A DNA stretch of 60,545 nt, from assembly GCA_040376455.1 (NCBI GenBank), contig JBEIQP010000002.1:1-60545 (forward strand), read 5' to 3'. Position 1 is the first letter of the stretch; every line of letters starts with the position of its first letter. This DNA comes from Planctomycetaceae bacterium (lineage in GTDB: Bacteria; Planctomycetota; Planctomycetia; Pirellulales; UBA1268). This document shows positions 8,301-17,300 of this stretch, in pieces. The notes beneath the pieces are model-generated. The model was not told the DNA's origin. It saw nothing but the letters and a program-made list of their open reading frames with translations, and ran no database searches. Position numbers and translations under genes: made by a program.

Positions 8301-8441
8301 GTCGCGCCCGGTTTCGGCATGCGGATCACGCTGCCGGCGATGGGGCCGGCCCCGATCGCGCTCGACTTCGCCTTCCCGGTGGCCTACGCCCCCTACGACA
8401 GCAAGCAGATCTTCAGCTTCTTCGTCGGGTTCGCCCGGTAG
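5346..8441 (+). CDS. bamA: outer membrane protein assembly factor BamA (POTRA repeats + Omp85 barrel) with a long Pro/Gln-rich insertion
   Basis: Signal-like N-terminus MATRTTSRRPAAAIPHWLVVALIGCMGAEAVAQA. POTRA-like repeats follow (IVEVRIEGN…, LRYVKYVGN…, VAWTGFVGN…, VRNVAFVGN…). The barrel starts ETQTGRLMIGAGVNSNAGLVGNIVVDEQNFD and the C-terminus is …QIFSFFVGFAR. The start was chosen at ATG 5346 inside the 5184 ORF. Confidence 0.88.
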   Translation: MATRTTSRRPAAAIPHWLVVALIGCMGAEAVAQAPAPPPVMPLPPVGQPAPQAAAAAADEANRIVEVRIEGNHATEVSKLPQLVTRAGQIFDPQAIEKDVRTLHRTRKFVDVHPKYVRVTEGVVVIFQVVERPMLRYVKYVGNTHVTTRTLRKKAEIDVGDSMDPYVVEEARRRIESHYHEKGYDAARVTTVEGSKPGDKGAVFLIDEGRSRKVAWTGFVGNTIASDARLLTQIKSKPGILWVFGGDVDRNVVDEDVEALTAYYRSLGFFQAKVGREVDVVHEGRKDWTYLTYVINEGPRYTVRNVAFVGNSKFKTEFLERDLKLKSGEHFNQSKMDADLNLIRDIYGGRGFVFADIKADPRFLEQPGQLDLVYNVEEGQRYRVGKINVRIRGENPHTKHSTVLNRLSLRPGDILDIRKLRDDERRLKASSLFLADASKGEGPKIVFSKPEDDGQRMAKDPDRPGFRGQSPDGEEADAVLDLMLEGDWQVAPQPAALPVAPAAAETGAVAAKPVWRGQSPAPAVPGQQPYAQQPWVQQPWVQQPAPGQAFGVPVQPALPQPQMTGQPMQPPAAWGGQPLAPAGPEAIDYSRMVAPPPAAPVYTVQQQFAPGAPAGPGLQPGMAQPAFAPGAPFPAQPVAQMNPNQPPGFQPGMLPDFGGSPMPVFPGNEPYVVVDVDAEETQTGRLMIGAGVNSNAGLVGNIVVDEQNFDILRLPRSWDDIKNGTAFRGAGQRFRLEAAPGTQLQRYMATFQEPYLFDTRIGLSLSASYYTRAFYDWAESRTGGRIGLGYQFAFAPDLSVNAGFRGESVDVFNPRVPGVPEIDRMLGTNGLYGFSGGLIHDTRDSPFLPTQGHLATFEFEQVIGTFVYPRGILEGRQYFLLNERPDGSGRHVLSVGSVLGMSGPDTPAYDNFFAGGYNTLRGFVFRGASPRQAGTNGQLAIVGGPFQWLNTVEYMFPITADDTLRGVVFTDFGTVESNVSINNMRVAPGFGMRITLPAMGPAPIALDFAFPVAYAPYDSKQIFSFFVGFAR
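6924..6980 (+). repeat. in-frame tandem repeat encoding QQPYAQQPWVQQPWVQQPA inside bamA
   Basis: The sequence cagcagccgtacgcgcaacagccgtgggtccagcagccttgggtgcaacagcccgcc is a ~15-nt unit repeated about three times with synonymous differences. Confidence 0.8.
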
Positions 8442-8543
8442 CCGGACGGGAGCCGCCGCCCGCGCGGCAGGCCGTTTTGGCCGCTGGATGCGGGGGATAT
8501 TCGCGCTGCGGCCGTGCGGGCCTCCCGTCTATCATGCGGCCGT

Positions 8544-9791
8544 ATGAGGCCCTCCACGCACCCTCCCGCCGCCGCCCAGCCCCGCGAACGGATCCTCGTC
8601 GTCTGCACCCGCTACATCGGCGACACCGTGCTGGCGATCCCGTTCCTGCGGAACCTGCGCCGCGCCTTTCCCGACGCGGTGATCGACGTGCTCGCGGAAG
8701 GCAGATCCCGCGATGTGCTGGCCGATTGCCCGTATCCGGATGAACTGCTGGCCTGGACGAGACCGGCGCGGCCGCGGAAGCGAGGCCGCTGGGCGTCGCT
8801 GTCCGGCATCCGCGGGCAGGCGGCATGGCTGCGGTCGCGCGGCTACGCGCGGGCCTATCTCCTGAAGCGGTCCACGTCCGGGGCCATCCTGGCGTTTCTC
8901 GCCGGCATTCCCCAGCGCGTCGGATTCGCGACCGAGTGCAGCCGGCCGCTTCTCTCGCGGGCGGTCCGCGTCCACCGCGGCCGCCACCAGGTGGAGACGT
9001 ATCTCGACCTGCTCCGGGCCGACGGCATCGCCGTCGATGACGGCCACAACGAAAACTGGGTCCACGAGACGGTGGGGCGTCGCGTCGAGCGGGCGGTCGA
9101 GCCGCTGCCCGCCGGCAGGCAGCGGGTCTTTCTCGCCGTCCGCGGCACCGATTCGCACCGCTTCTGGAAGCCGGAGCGGTGGGTGCGTCTCGTCGAATGG
9201 CTCGTCGTCGATCGCGGCTGCGAGATCGTTCTCTGCGGAGGGCGGGCCGATGCCGACGCGCACGACGCGTTGCAGGAAAGCCTCGCCCCGCACATCGCCC
9301 GTCACGTCCACGATTTCTCGCGGTCCCTCTCGCTCCGCGAAACCGGCGGGCTCATCGCCCGGATGGACCTCTGCATCGGAGTCGATACGGGGCTGGTGCA
9401 CCTCGCCGCCTCGTTCGGGATTCCGGTGGCGGTGCTGGTCGGCCCGACCGACCCCAACCAGTGGTGCCCGTGGATGACCCGAAGCGAGGTGCTGCGGTCG
9501 TCGCGGGTCGTTCGCGGACGGTTCGACAGGCTGCGGGCCGCGCTGGGCGGCCGAACCGCACGGGATCTCCGGTGGCCGCTCGGCAGGGCTTCGATGGAAG
9601 ACCTGACCGTGGCCGAGGTGTGCCGGCGGACCGACCTGCTATTGGCGGAGGCCATGCCACGGTCGCCGCAGACGCCGGGCCCGACGATCAGAACCATCGA
9701 CCTGCGCGAGGGTGCCTACCGCTACACGGTGGTCTCGCGGTCGGCCGAGTCGGCCCTTGCCGCGCTGGCATCAGACGCCGAGACCGCCTGA
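8544..9791 (+). CDS. glycosyltransferase family 9 (heptosyltransferase-like)
   Basis: RILVVCTRYIGDTVLAIPFLRNLRRAFPDAVIDVL… and …GVDTGLVHLAASFGIPVAVLVGPTDPNQWCPW are typical GT9 N- and C-terminal motifs. An alternative start is at 8514. Confidence 0.8.
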   Translation: MRPSTHPPAAAQPRERILVVCTRYIGDTVLAIPFLRNLRRAFPDAVIDVLAEGRSRDVLADCPYPDELLAWTRPARPRKRGRWASLSGIRGQAAWLRSRGYARAYLLKRSTSGAILAFLAGIPQRVGFATECSRPLLSRAVRVHRGRHQVETYLDLLRADGIAVDDGHNENWVHETVGRRVERAVEPLPAGRQRVFLAVRGTDSHRFWKPERWVRLVEWLVVDRGCEIVLCGGRADADAHDALQESLAPHIARHVHDFSRSLSLRETGGLIARMDLCIGVDTGLVHLAASFGIPVAVLVGPTDPNQWCPWMTRSEVLRSSRVVRGRFDRLRAALGGRTARDLRWPLGRASMEDLTVAEVCRRTDLLLAEAMPRSPQTPGPTIRTIDLREGAYRYTVVSRSAESALAALASDAETA

Positions 9792-11077
9792 ATCGCCATG
9801 CGTGCGGCGGACGACCCGGCCACGAACCCGCTGGCCCATGCCCACTGAAAGTTGAAGCCGCCGATCCGGCCATCGACGTCGAGCACTTCGCCGGCAAAGA
9901 ACAGCCCGGGGCAGATCCTGCTCTCCATGGTCTCCAGCCGGACCTCCGCGAGCGGCACGCCGCCGGCGGTCGCTTCGGCCACGGCGAAGCCCCGGTCGCC
10001 CGTGATCGGCAAGGGCGTCGCGACGAGGAGCCCGGCGAGCCGACGCCGCACGTCCCGGGGCACGTCGCCCGCGTGAGCCGCCTCGGCCAGACCGCAGAGC
10101 GCGCGGGCCAGACGGTCCGGGAGATGATCGCGCAGCACGGCCAGCGCGCCGCGGCGCTGGCCTTCCACCAGGAGACGGTCCGCCTCGTCGGCGGTCGTGC
10201 CCGGCAGCCAGTTGAGGGTGAGCGCGACCCCGGGGTCGCGGTCGCGCGCGACGAGCCAGTGGCGGCTGATGTCGAGCACGGCCGGCCCCGACAGCCCCAC
10301 GTGGGTGCAGAGCGTGCTGCCCGCCGCTGCGCGGAGCCGCTTGCCGCCCGGGGCATGGAGCGAGACCTCCGTGGGCAGCGTCAGGCCGGCGAGCCCGGTG
10401 ATCCAGTGCCCCGCCGGCAGCAGCAGCGGCACGAGCGCCGGCACGATGGGCGTCGTGAGCGAGTGGCCGAGCCGCTGCGCCAGCGCGAAGCCGCCGCCGT
10501 CGGATCCCGACTTGGGGAGCGATTTGCCTCCCGTGCAGAGAATCACGCGGGCGGCCCGCACGACGCCCGCGTCGGTCACGGCCGTGAACCCGCCGGCCTC
10601 CTGCGTCAGCGCCGTGACGCGTGCCGGATGCACGATCTCGACGCCGCCGCGCCGGGCCTCGCCGATCAGCGCCTCGAGCACGGTCCGCGCGGAGTCGGTC
10701 ACGGGAAAGAGCTTCCCGGTGTCTTCCTGCTTGAGGATCACGCCGGCCTCTTCGAAGAACCGCACGGTGTCGGCCACCGTGAAGCGGCGCAGCACCTTGC
10801 GGATCGCCGGGGGCGTGCTGCCGGCATAGTCGGCCTCGCCGACTTCGACGTGCGTCACGTTGCAGCGGCCCCCGCCCGCCACCAGGATCTTCGCGCCGAG
10901 CTTCCGGGCGCCGTCCACGGCGCGGATCGCCAGGGAGACGCCCGCCTCGGCCGCCGTGCGGCCGGCCCACGCCGCCGCGCAGAGGCCCGCGGCTCCCGCG
11001 CCGATGACGAGGATGTCGGCGCGGCCGGCGGCCGACGCCAGGGGCGAGGCTGGGGATGAGGCTGTCGGCTGAGGCAT
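9722..11077 (-). CDS. HI0933/YhiN-family FAD-dependent oxidoreductase
   Basis: DILVIGAGAAGLCAA (dinucleotide fold), GGGRCNVTH, and C-terminal FFAGEVLDVDGRIGGFNFQWAWASGFVAG are hallmarks of the HI0933-like family. Confidence 0.8.
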   Translation of the reverse strand: MPQPTASSPASPLASAAGRADILVIGAGAAGLCAAAWAGRTAAEAGVSLAIRAVDGARKLGAKILVAGGGRCNVTHVEVGEADYAGSTPPAIRKVLRRFTVADTVRFFEEAGVILKQEDTGKLFPVTDSARTVLEALIGEARRGGVEIVHPARVTALTQEAGGFTAVTDAGVVRAARVILCTGGKSLPKSGSDGGGFALAQRLGHSLTTPIVPALVPLLLPAGHWITGLAGLTLPTEVSLHAPGGKRLRAAAGSTLCTHVGLSGPAVLDISRHWLVARDRDPGVALTLNWLPGTTADEADRLLVEGQRRGALAVLRDHLPDRLARALCGLAEAAHAGDVPRDVRRRLAGLLVATPLPITGDRGFAVAEATAGGVPLAEVRLETMESRICPGLFFAGEVLDVDGRIGGFNFQWAWASGFVAGSSAARMAIQAVSASDASAARADSADRETTV

Positions 11078-11124
11078 CGCACCGGTTCCTGCGGATCACG
11101 TCGGGCGAGCGTCTCGCCCCGCCT

Positions 11125-12111
11125 CTACCAGCGGTGGTGGACGAGCGGCCGGATGGCGTCGTCGTAGATCGTCTGGACGGCGGCCATCGTTGCCGCGTCG
11201 AGGGCCGGCAGGTCGGCGGCCCGCGCGTTGTCGATCACCTGCGCCGCCCGCCGCGCGCCCGGAATGGCGCACGAGACCGCGTCGAACGAGAGGATCCAGC
11301 GGAGCGCGAACTGGGCGAGGGTCGTGCCGGGGGGCACGAGCGGCCGCAATCGCTCGACGGCCGCGAGGCCCGTTGCGTAGTCCACGCCCGAGAACGTCTC
11401 GCCCCGGTCGAAGGCGGCGCCGTCGCGGTTGAAGGCCCGGTGGTCGCCGGCGGGGAAATCGGTGTCGCGGGCGAAGCGGCCGGAGAGGAGCCCGCTGGCG
11501 AGCGGCACGCGGGCGATGACGCCCACCTGCTTCTTCCGCGCCACCTCGAAGAACAGCTCGGCCGGCCGCAGGCGAAACAGGTTGAAGATGATCTGCACCG
11601 ACTGCACGTGCGGATACTCGACGGCCTTGAGCGCCTCCTCGACCCTCTCGACGCTCACGCCGTAGTAGGCGACCTTGCCCGCGGCGACCAGATCGTCGAG
11701 GGCCGCGAAGACCTCGGGCCGGTAATAGACCTCCGTCGGCGGGCAGTGGAGCTGCAGGAGGTCGAGCCGCTCGACGGCGAGATTCCGCAGGCTGCGATCG
11801 ACGAAGCCGCGGAGGTTGTCCGCCGTGTAGCCGTCGGCCGCGTGGGGGAAGAGTCGGCGGCCCGCCTTCGTGGCGACGAAGAAGGGCTCCCGACGCTCGC
11901 GCCGCAACCGGGCGAGGAGCCGCTCGGAGAGGCCGTCGCCGTAGACGTCGGCCGTGTCGAAGAAGTTGATGCCGGCGTCGAGCGCCGCATGCAGGGCGGC
12001 CATCGATTCCGTCTCGTCGGCGCCGCCCCATTGGCCGCCGCCGATGCCCCAGGCGCCGAAGCCGATCTCGGAAACCTGCCAGCCCGTTCGTCCGAAGCCT
12101 CGCGTGTTCAT
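11125..12111 (-). CDS. aldo/keto reductase
   Basis: MNTRGFGRTGWQVSEIGFGAWGIGG…INFFDTADVYGDGLSE…LDLLQLHCP…VIARVPLASGLLSG. The start was trimmed to ATG 12111 within the composite 11125-13914 ORF. Confidence 0.88.
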   Translation of the reverse strand: MNTRGFGRTGWQVSEIGFGAWGIGGGQWGGADETESMAALHAALDAGINFFDTADVYGDGLSERLLARLRRERREPFFVATKAGRRLFPHAADGYTADNLRGFVDRSLRNLAVERLDLLQLHCPPTEVYYRPEVFAALDDLVAAGKVAYYGVSVERVEEALKAVEYPHVQSVQIIFNLFRLRPAELFFEVARKKQVGVIARVPLASGLLSGRFARDTDFPAGDHRAFNRDGAAFDRGETFSGVDYATGLAAVERLRPLVPPGTTLAQFALRWILSFDAVSCAIPGARRAAQVIDNARAADLPALDAATMAAVQTIYDDAIRPLVHHRW

Positions 12112-12143
12112 GACAGGCAGTGTGGCCGATGACGCGCCGCGGC

Positions 12144-13820
12144 TCAACGGGCGTGCGGCACCATCCAGGCAAGAGGGCCCGTCTGCAGCCAGACCAGCAG
12201 GCCCATCAGGGCGGCGAGCGCCAGCGAGTGGGGGAACACGCGGCGCAGGATCGCGCCTTCCCGGCGGTGTTCGCCCGTGGCGGTTGCCGACACCACGATG
12301 CTCTGGGCATCGATCATCTTGCCCATCACGCCGCCGGTGCTGTTGGCCGTGCAGATGAGCAGCGGATCGAGGCCCAACTGCTCCGCCGTCACCCGCTGCA
12401 GACTGCCGAACATCGCGTTGCTCGACGTGTCGGAGCCGGTGAGGGCGACGCCCAGCCAGCCGAGCAGCGGGGCGAAGAAGGGGTACATCGCGCCCGAACG
12501 GGTCAGCGCCAGGCCGAGCGTCACGTCGGTGCCCGCATAGCGGGTGACGAACGCCAGCGCCAGCATCGCCGCGATCGTGCCGAGCGAAGCCGAGAGGCCG
12601 TGCAGGTTCTGCCACCAGATCGCCCCGGCCCGGCGCCAGGAGACTCCCAGCCACGGAATCGAGACGATGGCGGCGAGCAGGATGCCGGTGCCGGCGGCCG
12701 AGAGCCAGTTGAGCCGGTAGACCGCCCGTTCGATCTCCTGCGTCGCGCGGGTGGCCGGCGGCACCTTCGCGATCCGGCCGTCGAGCCACGGGACGGAAAA
12801 TTCCGGGGCCACGAGCCGCTGCGGCAGGAGCGGCGCGGCGTGCGCGGTCGGCCCGCGGCCTTCGAGCGCCGCCTTCACGGGGGGCAGGCCCCAGAGCAGC
12901 ACCATCGCCGACAGAAAGAGCCAGGGCATCCACGCCCAGGCGACCGTGCGGACGGGGTCGATGGCCGGGGCGGCTTCCGCCGCGGCGGTGCCGTGCCGCC
13001 AGATCTCCCGCGGCTGCCAGAACCGGAGGAACAGGGCGAGCAACGCCAGGCTTGCCAGGCCGCCGACCACGTCCACGAGCGTCGGCCCGATGAAGTTCGC
13101 CATCGCGAACTGCACCACGGCGAACGTCGCCCCGCAGACCAGCACCGCGGGCCAGACGCCGACGAGCCCGCGCCAGCCCGCCATCGTGCAGACCATCCAC
13201 GCCGGCACCACGACCGAGAACAAGGGAAGTTGCCGGCCTGCCATCGCCGAAATCGCCTGCTCGTCGAGGCCGGTCACCCGGGCGAGCGTGATGATCGGGG
13301 TGCCGAGGGCACCGAAGGCGACGGGCGCCGTGTTGGCAATCAGCGCGAGACAGGCGGCCTCGAGGGCCGGAAACCCCGCCCCCGCCATGAGCGCCGCGGA
13401 GATCGCCACCGGCGCCCCAAACCCGGCCGCCCCCTCGAGGAACGCGCCGAACGCAAAGGCGATGAGGAGGGCCTGCACGCGGTGATCGGCCGAGAGGCGC
13501 GTCACCGACCGCTTCATCACCGCCAGCGCGCCGGCCTCCGCGCTCAGCCGGTAGAGGAACATCGCCGTCACGATGATCCAGCCGATCGGAAACAGGCCGA
13601 ACGCGGCGCCGTGCAGCGCCGCGGCGGCGGCGGCATCGGCCGGCATGCCGAAGATGCCCACGGCGATCGCGAGCGCCGTCGCCAGCCCCGCCAGGGCGGC
13701 CCGCAGCGCCGTCCACCCGCCCCCGGCCAGCAGGCCCAGCAGGACGATCAGCGGCAGCGTGGCCACGAGCGTGGACGCCCACGGCGCGCCGAGCGGATCG
13801 TAGACCTGCGACCAGGGCAT
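12144..13820 (-). CDS. lctP: L-lactate permease family transporter
   Basis: MPWSQVYDPLG…FGLFPIGWIIVTAMFLY…FGAFLEGAAGFGAPVAISAALM…NTAPVAFGALGTPI… is a multi-TM LctP-family pattern. Start is ATG 13820. Confidence 0.85.
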   Translation of the reverse strand: MPWSQVYDPLGAPWASTLVATLPLIVLLGLLAGGGWTALRAALAGLATALAIAVGIFGMPADAAAAAALHGAAFGLFPIGWIIVTAMFLYRLSAEAGALAVMKRSVTRLSADHRVQALLIAFAFGAFLEGAAGFGAPVAISAALMAGAGFPALEAACLALIANTAPVAFGALGTPIITLARVTGLDEQAISAMAGRQLPLFSVVVPAWMVCTMAGWRGLVGVWPAVLVCGATFAVVQFAMANFIGPTLVDVVGGLASLALLALFLRFWQPREIWRHGTAAAEAAPAIDPVRTVAWAWMPWLFLSAMVLLWGLPPVKAALEGRGPTAHAAPLLPQRLVAPEFSVPWLDGRIAKVPPATRATQEIERAVYRLNWLSAAGTGILLAAIVSIPWLGVSWRRAGAIWWQNLHGLSASLGTIAAMLALAFVTRYAGTDVTLGLALTRSGAMYPFFAPLLGWLGVALTGSDTSSNAMFGSLQRVTAEQLGLDPLLICTANSTGGVMGKMIDAQSIVVSATATGEHRREGAILRRVFPHSLALAALMGLLVWLQTGPLAWMVPHAR

Positions 13821-13822
13821 CT

Positions 13823-14224
13823 TCAGAGCCCGATGAAGACGACGGCGAGCGCGGCGAGCCCGACCGCGACGAGCGCGACGGCCATGTAGCGCGCGATCGG
13901 CGGGCGATCGGCATAGCGGTAGTCGTTCCGCACGATCGCCGCGAGCACGCCGCGGTGTTCCCACATGCCGGCCAGCGTGGCGGCCACCCCGAGCAGGATG
14001 AGCGCGGCGCCGAAGAGGCGGGTCTTGAGCGGCGTGAAGCCGCTGAGCCGGCCGTCGAATTCGAGCGCCGCCTGACCCAGCCGCTCGATGCCGAAGCCGA
14101 GGCTGATCATCGCGAGGCTGGTCCGAATCCAGGCCAGGAGCGTGCGGTCGGCCGCCTCGCGGTTGCGCTCGCGGGCCAGTTCGTTGGTGAGCGATCCATC
14201 CGTGACCGGGCGAGTTTCGTTCAT
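13823..14224 (-). CDS. DUF202 (YidH-like) small membrane protein
   Basis: 133 aa. ELARERNREAADRTLLAWIRTSLAMISLGFGI plus two further TM segments fit DUF202. The stop lies 2 nt before the lctP start. Only the last 133 codons of the 13823-17227 ORF are credible. Confidence 0.7.
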   Translation of the reverse strand: MNETRPVTDGSLTNELARERNREAADRTLLAWIRTSLAMISLGFGIERLGQAALEFDGRLSGFTPLKTRLFGAALILLGVAATLAGMWEHRGVLAAIVRNDYRYADRPPIARYMAVALVAVGLAALAVVFIGL

Positions 14225-14311
14225 CCCGAGAAGATAGCAGCCTGGGGCCGGGCCCGCGCGGCGGCCGGCCGCCGGCCCGCCAGGGCGGTGCAGCGGGGCT
14301 ATACTTGAGGC

Positions 14312-17300
14312 ATGCACTCCCCGTGGCCCACGAACGTCGCCGCCCTGGTGTTCCTCGCCGCGTGTGTCGCGTCGGCGCGGACCGCGGCGGAGGGCTTTCC
14401 GGAGCCCTTCAACAGCGAACGTGACGCCGCGGCCAGCCCCATGCCCGCGGTGGATGCGGCCGCCACGATGGAGGTTCCGGAGGGCTTTCGCGCACAGGTG
14501 TTCGCCGCCGAGCCCGAAGTGCAAAACCCGGTCGCGATGGCCTGGGACCCGCGGGGCCGCCTCTGGATCGCCGAGAACCACACCTACGCGGAGTGGCCCC
14601 TCAAGCACGACTCGCGGCTCCGCGATCGCGTGCTCATTTTCGAGGATGTCGATGGCGACGGGCGTGCGGACCGGCGGAAGGTCTTCCTCGACGACCTGCA
14701 GCGGCTGACGAGTGTCGAGATCGGCCTCGGAGGCGTGTGGCTGATGTGCCCGCCACGACTGCTCTTCGTGCCTGACCGCGACGGAGACGACGTGCCCGAC
14801 GGCCCGCCGAAGGTGATGCTCGATGGCTTCGATCCGCTGGCGGAAAGCCACCACAACTTCGCCAACGGCCTGCGGTTCGGTCCGGATGGCTGGCTCTACG
14901 GCCGCTGCGGCGGCGCCTGTCCCGGGCGGGTCGGGCCGCCGGGGGTGCCGGCCGAGCAGCGGGTGCGGCTGGAAGGGGGCGTGTGGCGCTACTCGCCGCG
15001 GCTCGGCCGCTTCGAGGTGCTCTGTCACGGCACCACGAACCCCTGGGGGCACGACTGGAACGCCTTCGGCGACGGCTTCTTCATCAACACCGTCACCGGT
15101 CACCTCTGGCACATCATTCCCGGCGCCCGATATCCCCGCCATGGATCGCTCGACCCGAATCCGCACGCCTACGAGCTGATCGACATGCACGCGGACCACT
15201 GGCACTTCGACACCAGCGGCGGCTGGCAGAAGTCGCGGCACGGCGCCGCCGACGACTTGGGGGGAGGGCATGCCCACAGCGGCCTGATGATCTACCTGGG
15301 CGACAACTGGCCGCTCGAATACCGCGGTCGGCTGTTCACCTGGAATTTCCATGGCCAGCGGGCGAATCAGGAACTGCTCGAACGCGAGGGCAGCGGCTAC
15401 GTGGCCAGGCACGGACGCGACATGCTGCAGAGCCACGACCCGTTTTTCCGCGGCATCGACCTGGCCTATGGTCCCGACGGGAGCGTGCTGGCGATCGATT
15501 GGAGCGACACGGGAGAATGCCACGAGACCTCCGGCGTGCACCGGAAGAGCGGCCGGATCTTCCACATCGCGCACGGCCGGACGCCGGCGCGGCCGGCCGG
15601 CGATCTGGCCGACCGTTCCGCGGTGGAACTCGCCGAATTGGTCACCCATTCCAACGAATGGTTTCCCCGGCAGGCGCGGATCCTGCTGGCGGAGCGGGCC
15701 GGCGCGGGGGAGCCGGGAAGCGCCGGTGCGGCCGATCTGCGGGAGGCCCAGGAGGCGCTGCGGCGGCTGGCGGACTCGTCCGACCCGCGAGTCGCCTGCC
15801 GGGCGGTGCTCACGCTCCACGCGACCGGCGGCTGCGACACGGGCCTGCTGCGGAAACTGCTCCGCCATCCCGACGAGCATCTGCGTGCCTGGGGCGTCCG
15901 CCTCCTTTCCGACACCTGGCCGATCGACGGCGTGCTCGGGCCGGCGGTGGTTTCGGCCGCCGAGGCGCAGCGGGTGGCGGCGGCCGCCGCCGACGTCGCC
16001 CCCGAGCTGCTGCGGCTGGCGGCGGAGGATCCGAGCGGCCTCGTGCGGCTCGCGCTCGCGTCCACGCTGCAGCGGCTGCCGCTCGACCGCCGCGCCGCAC
16101 TGGCGGCCGCGCTCATGGATCGCGGCGAGGATGCCGACGACCACAATCTGCCGCTCTTGGTCTGGTATGGCGTGATGCCGACGGTGGAAGCGGATCCGGT
16201 GCGGGCCGCGGAACTCGCCGTCGCGTCGAAGTGGCCGCAAACCCGGCGGTTGATCGCCCGACGGCTCGCCGGACTGATCGACCGGCAACCCGACGGCGTG
16301 GCCCGGCTCGTGGCCGCGATCGCCGCAAAGCCGGATGCCGCCGTGCAACAGAGCCTTCTCGAGGGCATCGCCACCGGGCTGGCCGGCTGGCGCAGGGCCC
16401 CGAAGCCCGCCGGTTGGGACGCCGTGGCCGATCGGCTCGGTCACGGCGAGGGGGAGCTCGCGGCGCTGGTCCGGGACCTCTCGGCCCTGTTCGGAGACGG
16501 TCGCGCGATGGACGAGATCCGGGCGCTGGTTCGCGACCCGGCGACCGATCCGGTCGTCAGGCGGTCGGCGCTCGAGGCGCTCATCCGGCAGGGTGACGAC
16601 GCGCTGCGTGAGATCTGCCTCGGCCTGCTCGGCGATCACCGGTTTGCCGGCATCGCGGCGGAGGGGCTCGCGCGGACCGACGATGCCGAGGTCGCCCGGG
16701 CGATCGTCACCGCCTGCGGCCGGCTGCGGAGCCAGCGGGCCAAGCTGGTCGGCGTGCTCTGCTCGCGACCGACGTTCGCGGCGGCGCTTCTGGAGGCGGC
16801 AGCCGCCGGAACGATTCCCCGCGAGGCGATCACCGCCTACGACCTCCGGCAGATTCGGTCGCTCGGCGATCCCGCACTCGACGCCCGCATCGAGCAGGAA
16901 TGGGGAGGCGTGCAGGAGACCTCGGCCGACAAGCGGCGGCGGATCGAGACGCTCAAGGCCGAGCTCCAGCCCGCGGTGCTGGCGGCCGCCGATGTGTCGC
17001 GCGGCCGGGTGATCTTCGAGAAGAGCTGCGGCCGCTGCCACAAACTCTTCGGCGCGGGCGAGTCGATCGGCCCCGACCTCACGGGCGGCAACCGCTCCAA
17101 CATCGACTACCTGCTCGAGAACATCGTCGATCCCAGCGGCGTGGTGAACCGCGATTACCGGATGTCGGTCGTGCTGCTCGGCGACGGCCGCGTGCTCAAT
17201 GGGCTCGTGACCGCGCGCGACGAACACACGCTCACCCTCGTGACGCCGACCGACAAGCAGGTGATCGCGGTGGAGGACGTGGACGAGGTGACCGTCACGG

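Noticed and set aside
11125-13914. 929-aa minus-strand ORF taken as a single gene.
   Set aside because: It is a composite. The C-terminal 328 codons are a complete aldo/keto reductase with its own ATG at 12111. The upstream part is an out-of-frame read through the lactate permease gene (true frame 12144-13820).
13823-17227. 1,134-aa minus-strand ORF taken as a single gene.
   Set aside because: Only its last 133 codons (DUF202, 13823-14224) look like a protein. The rest is the antisense frame of the 14312-17404 heme-protein gene.
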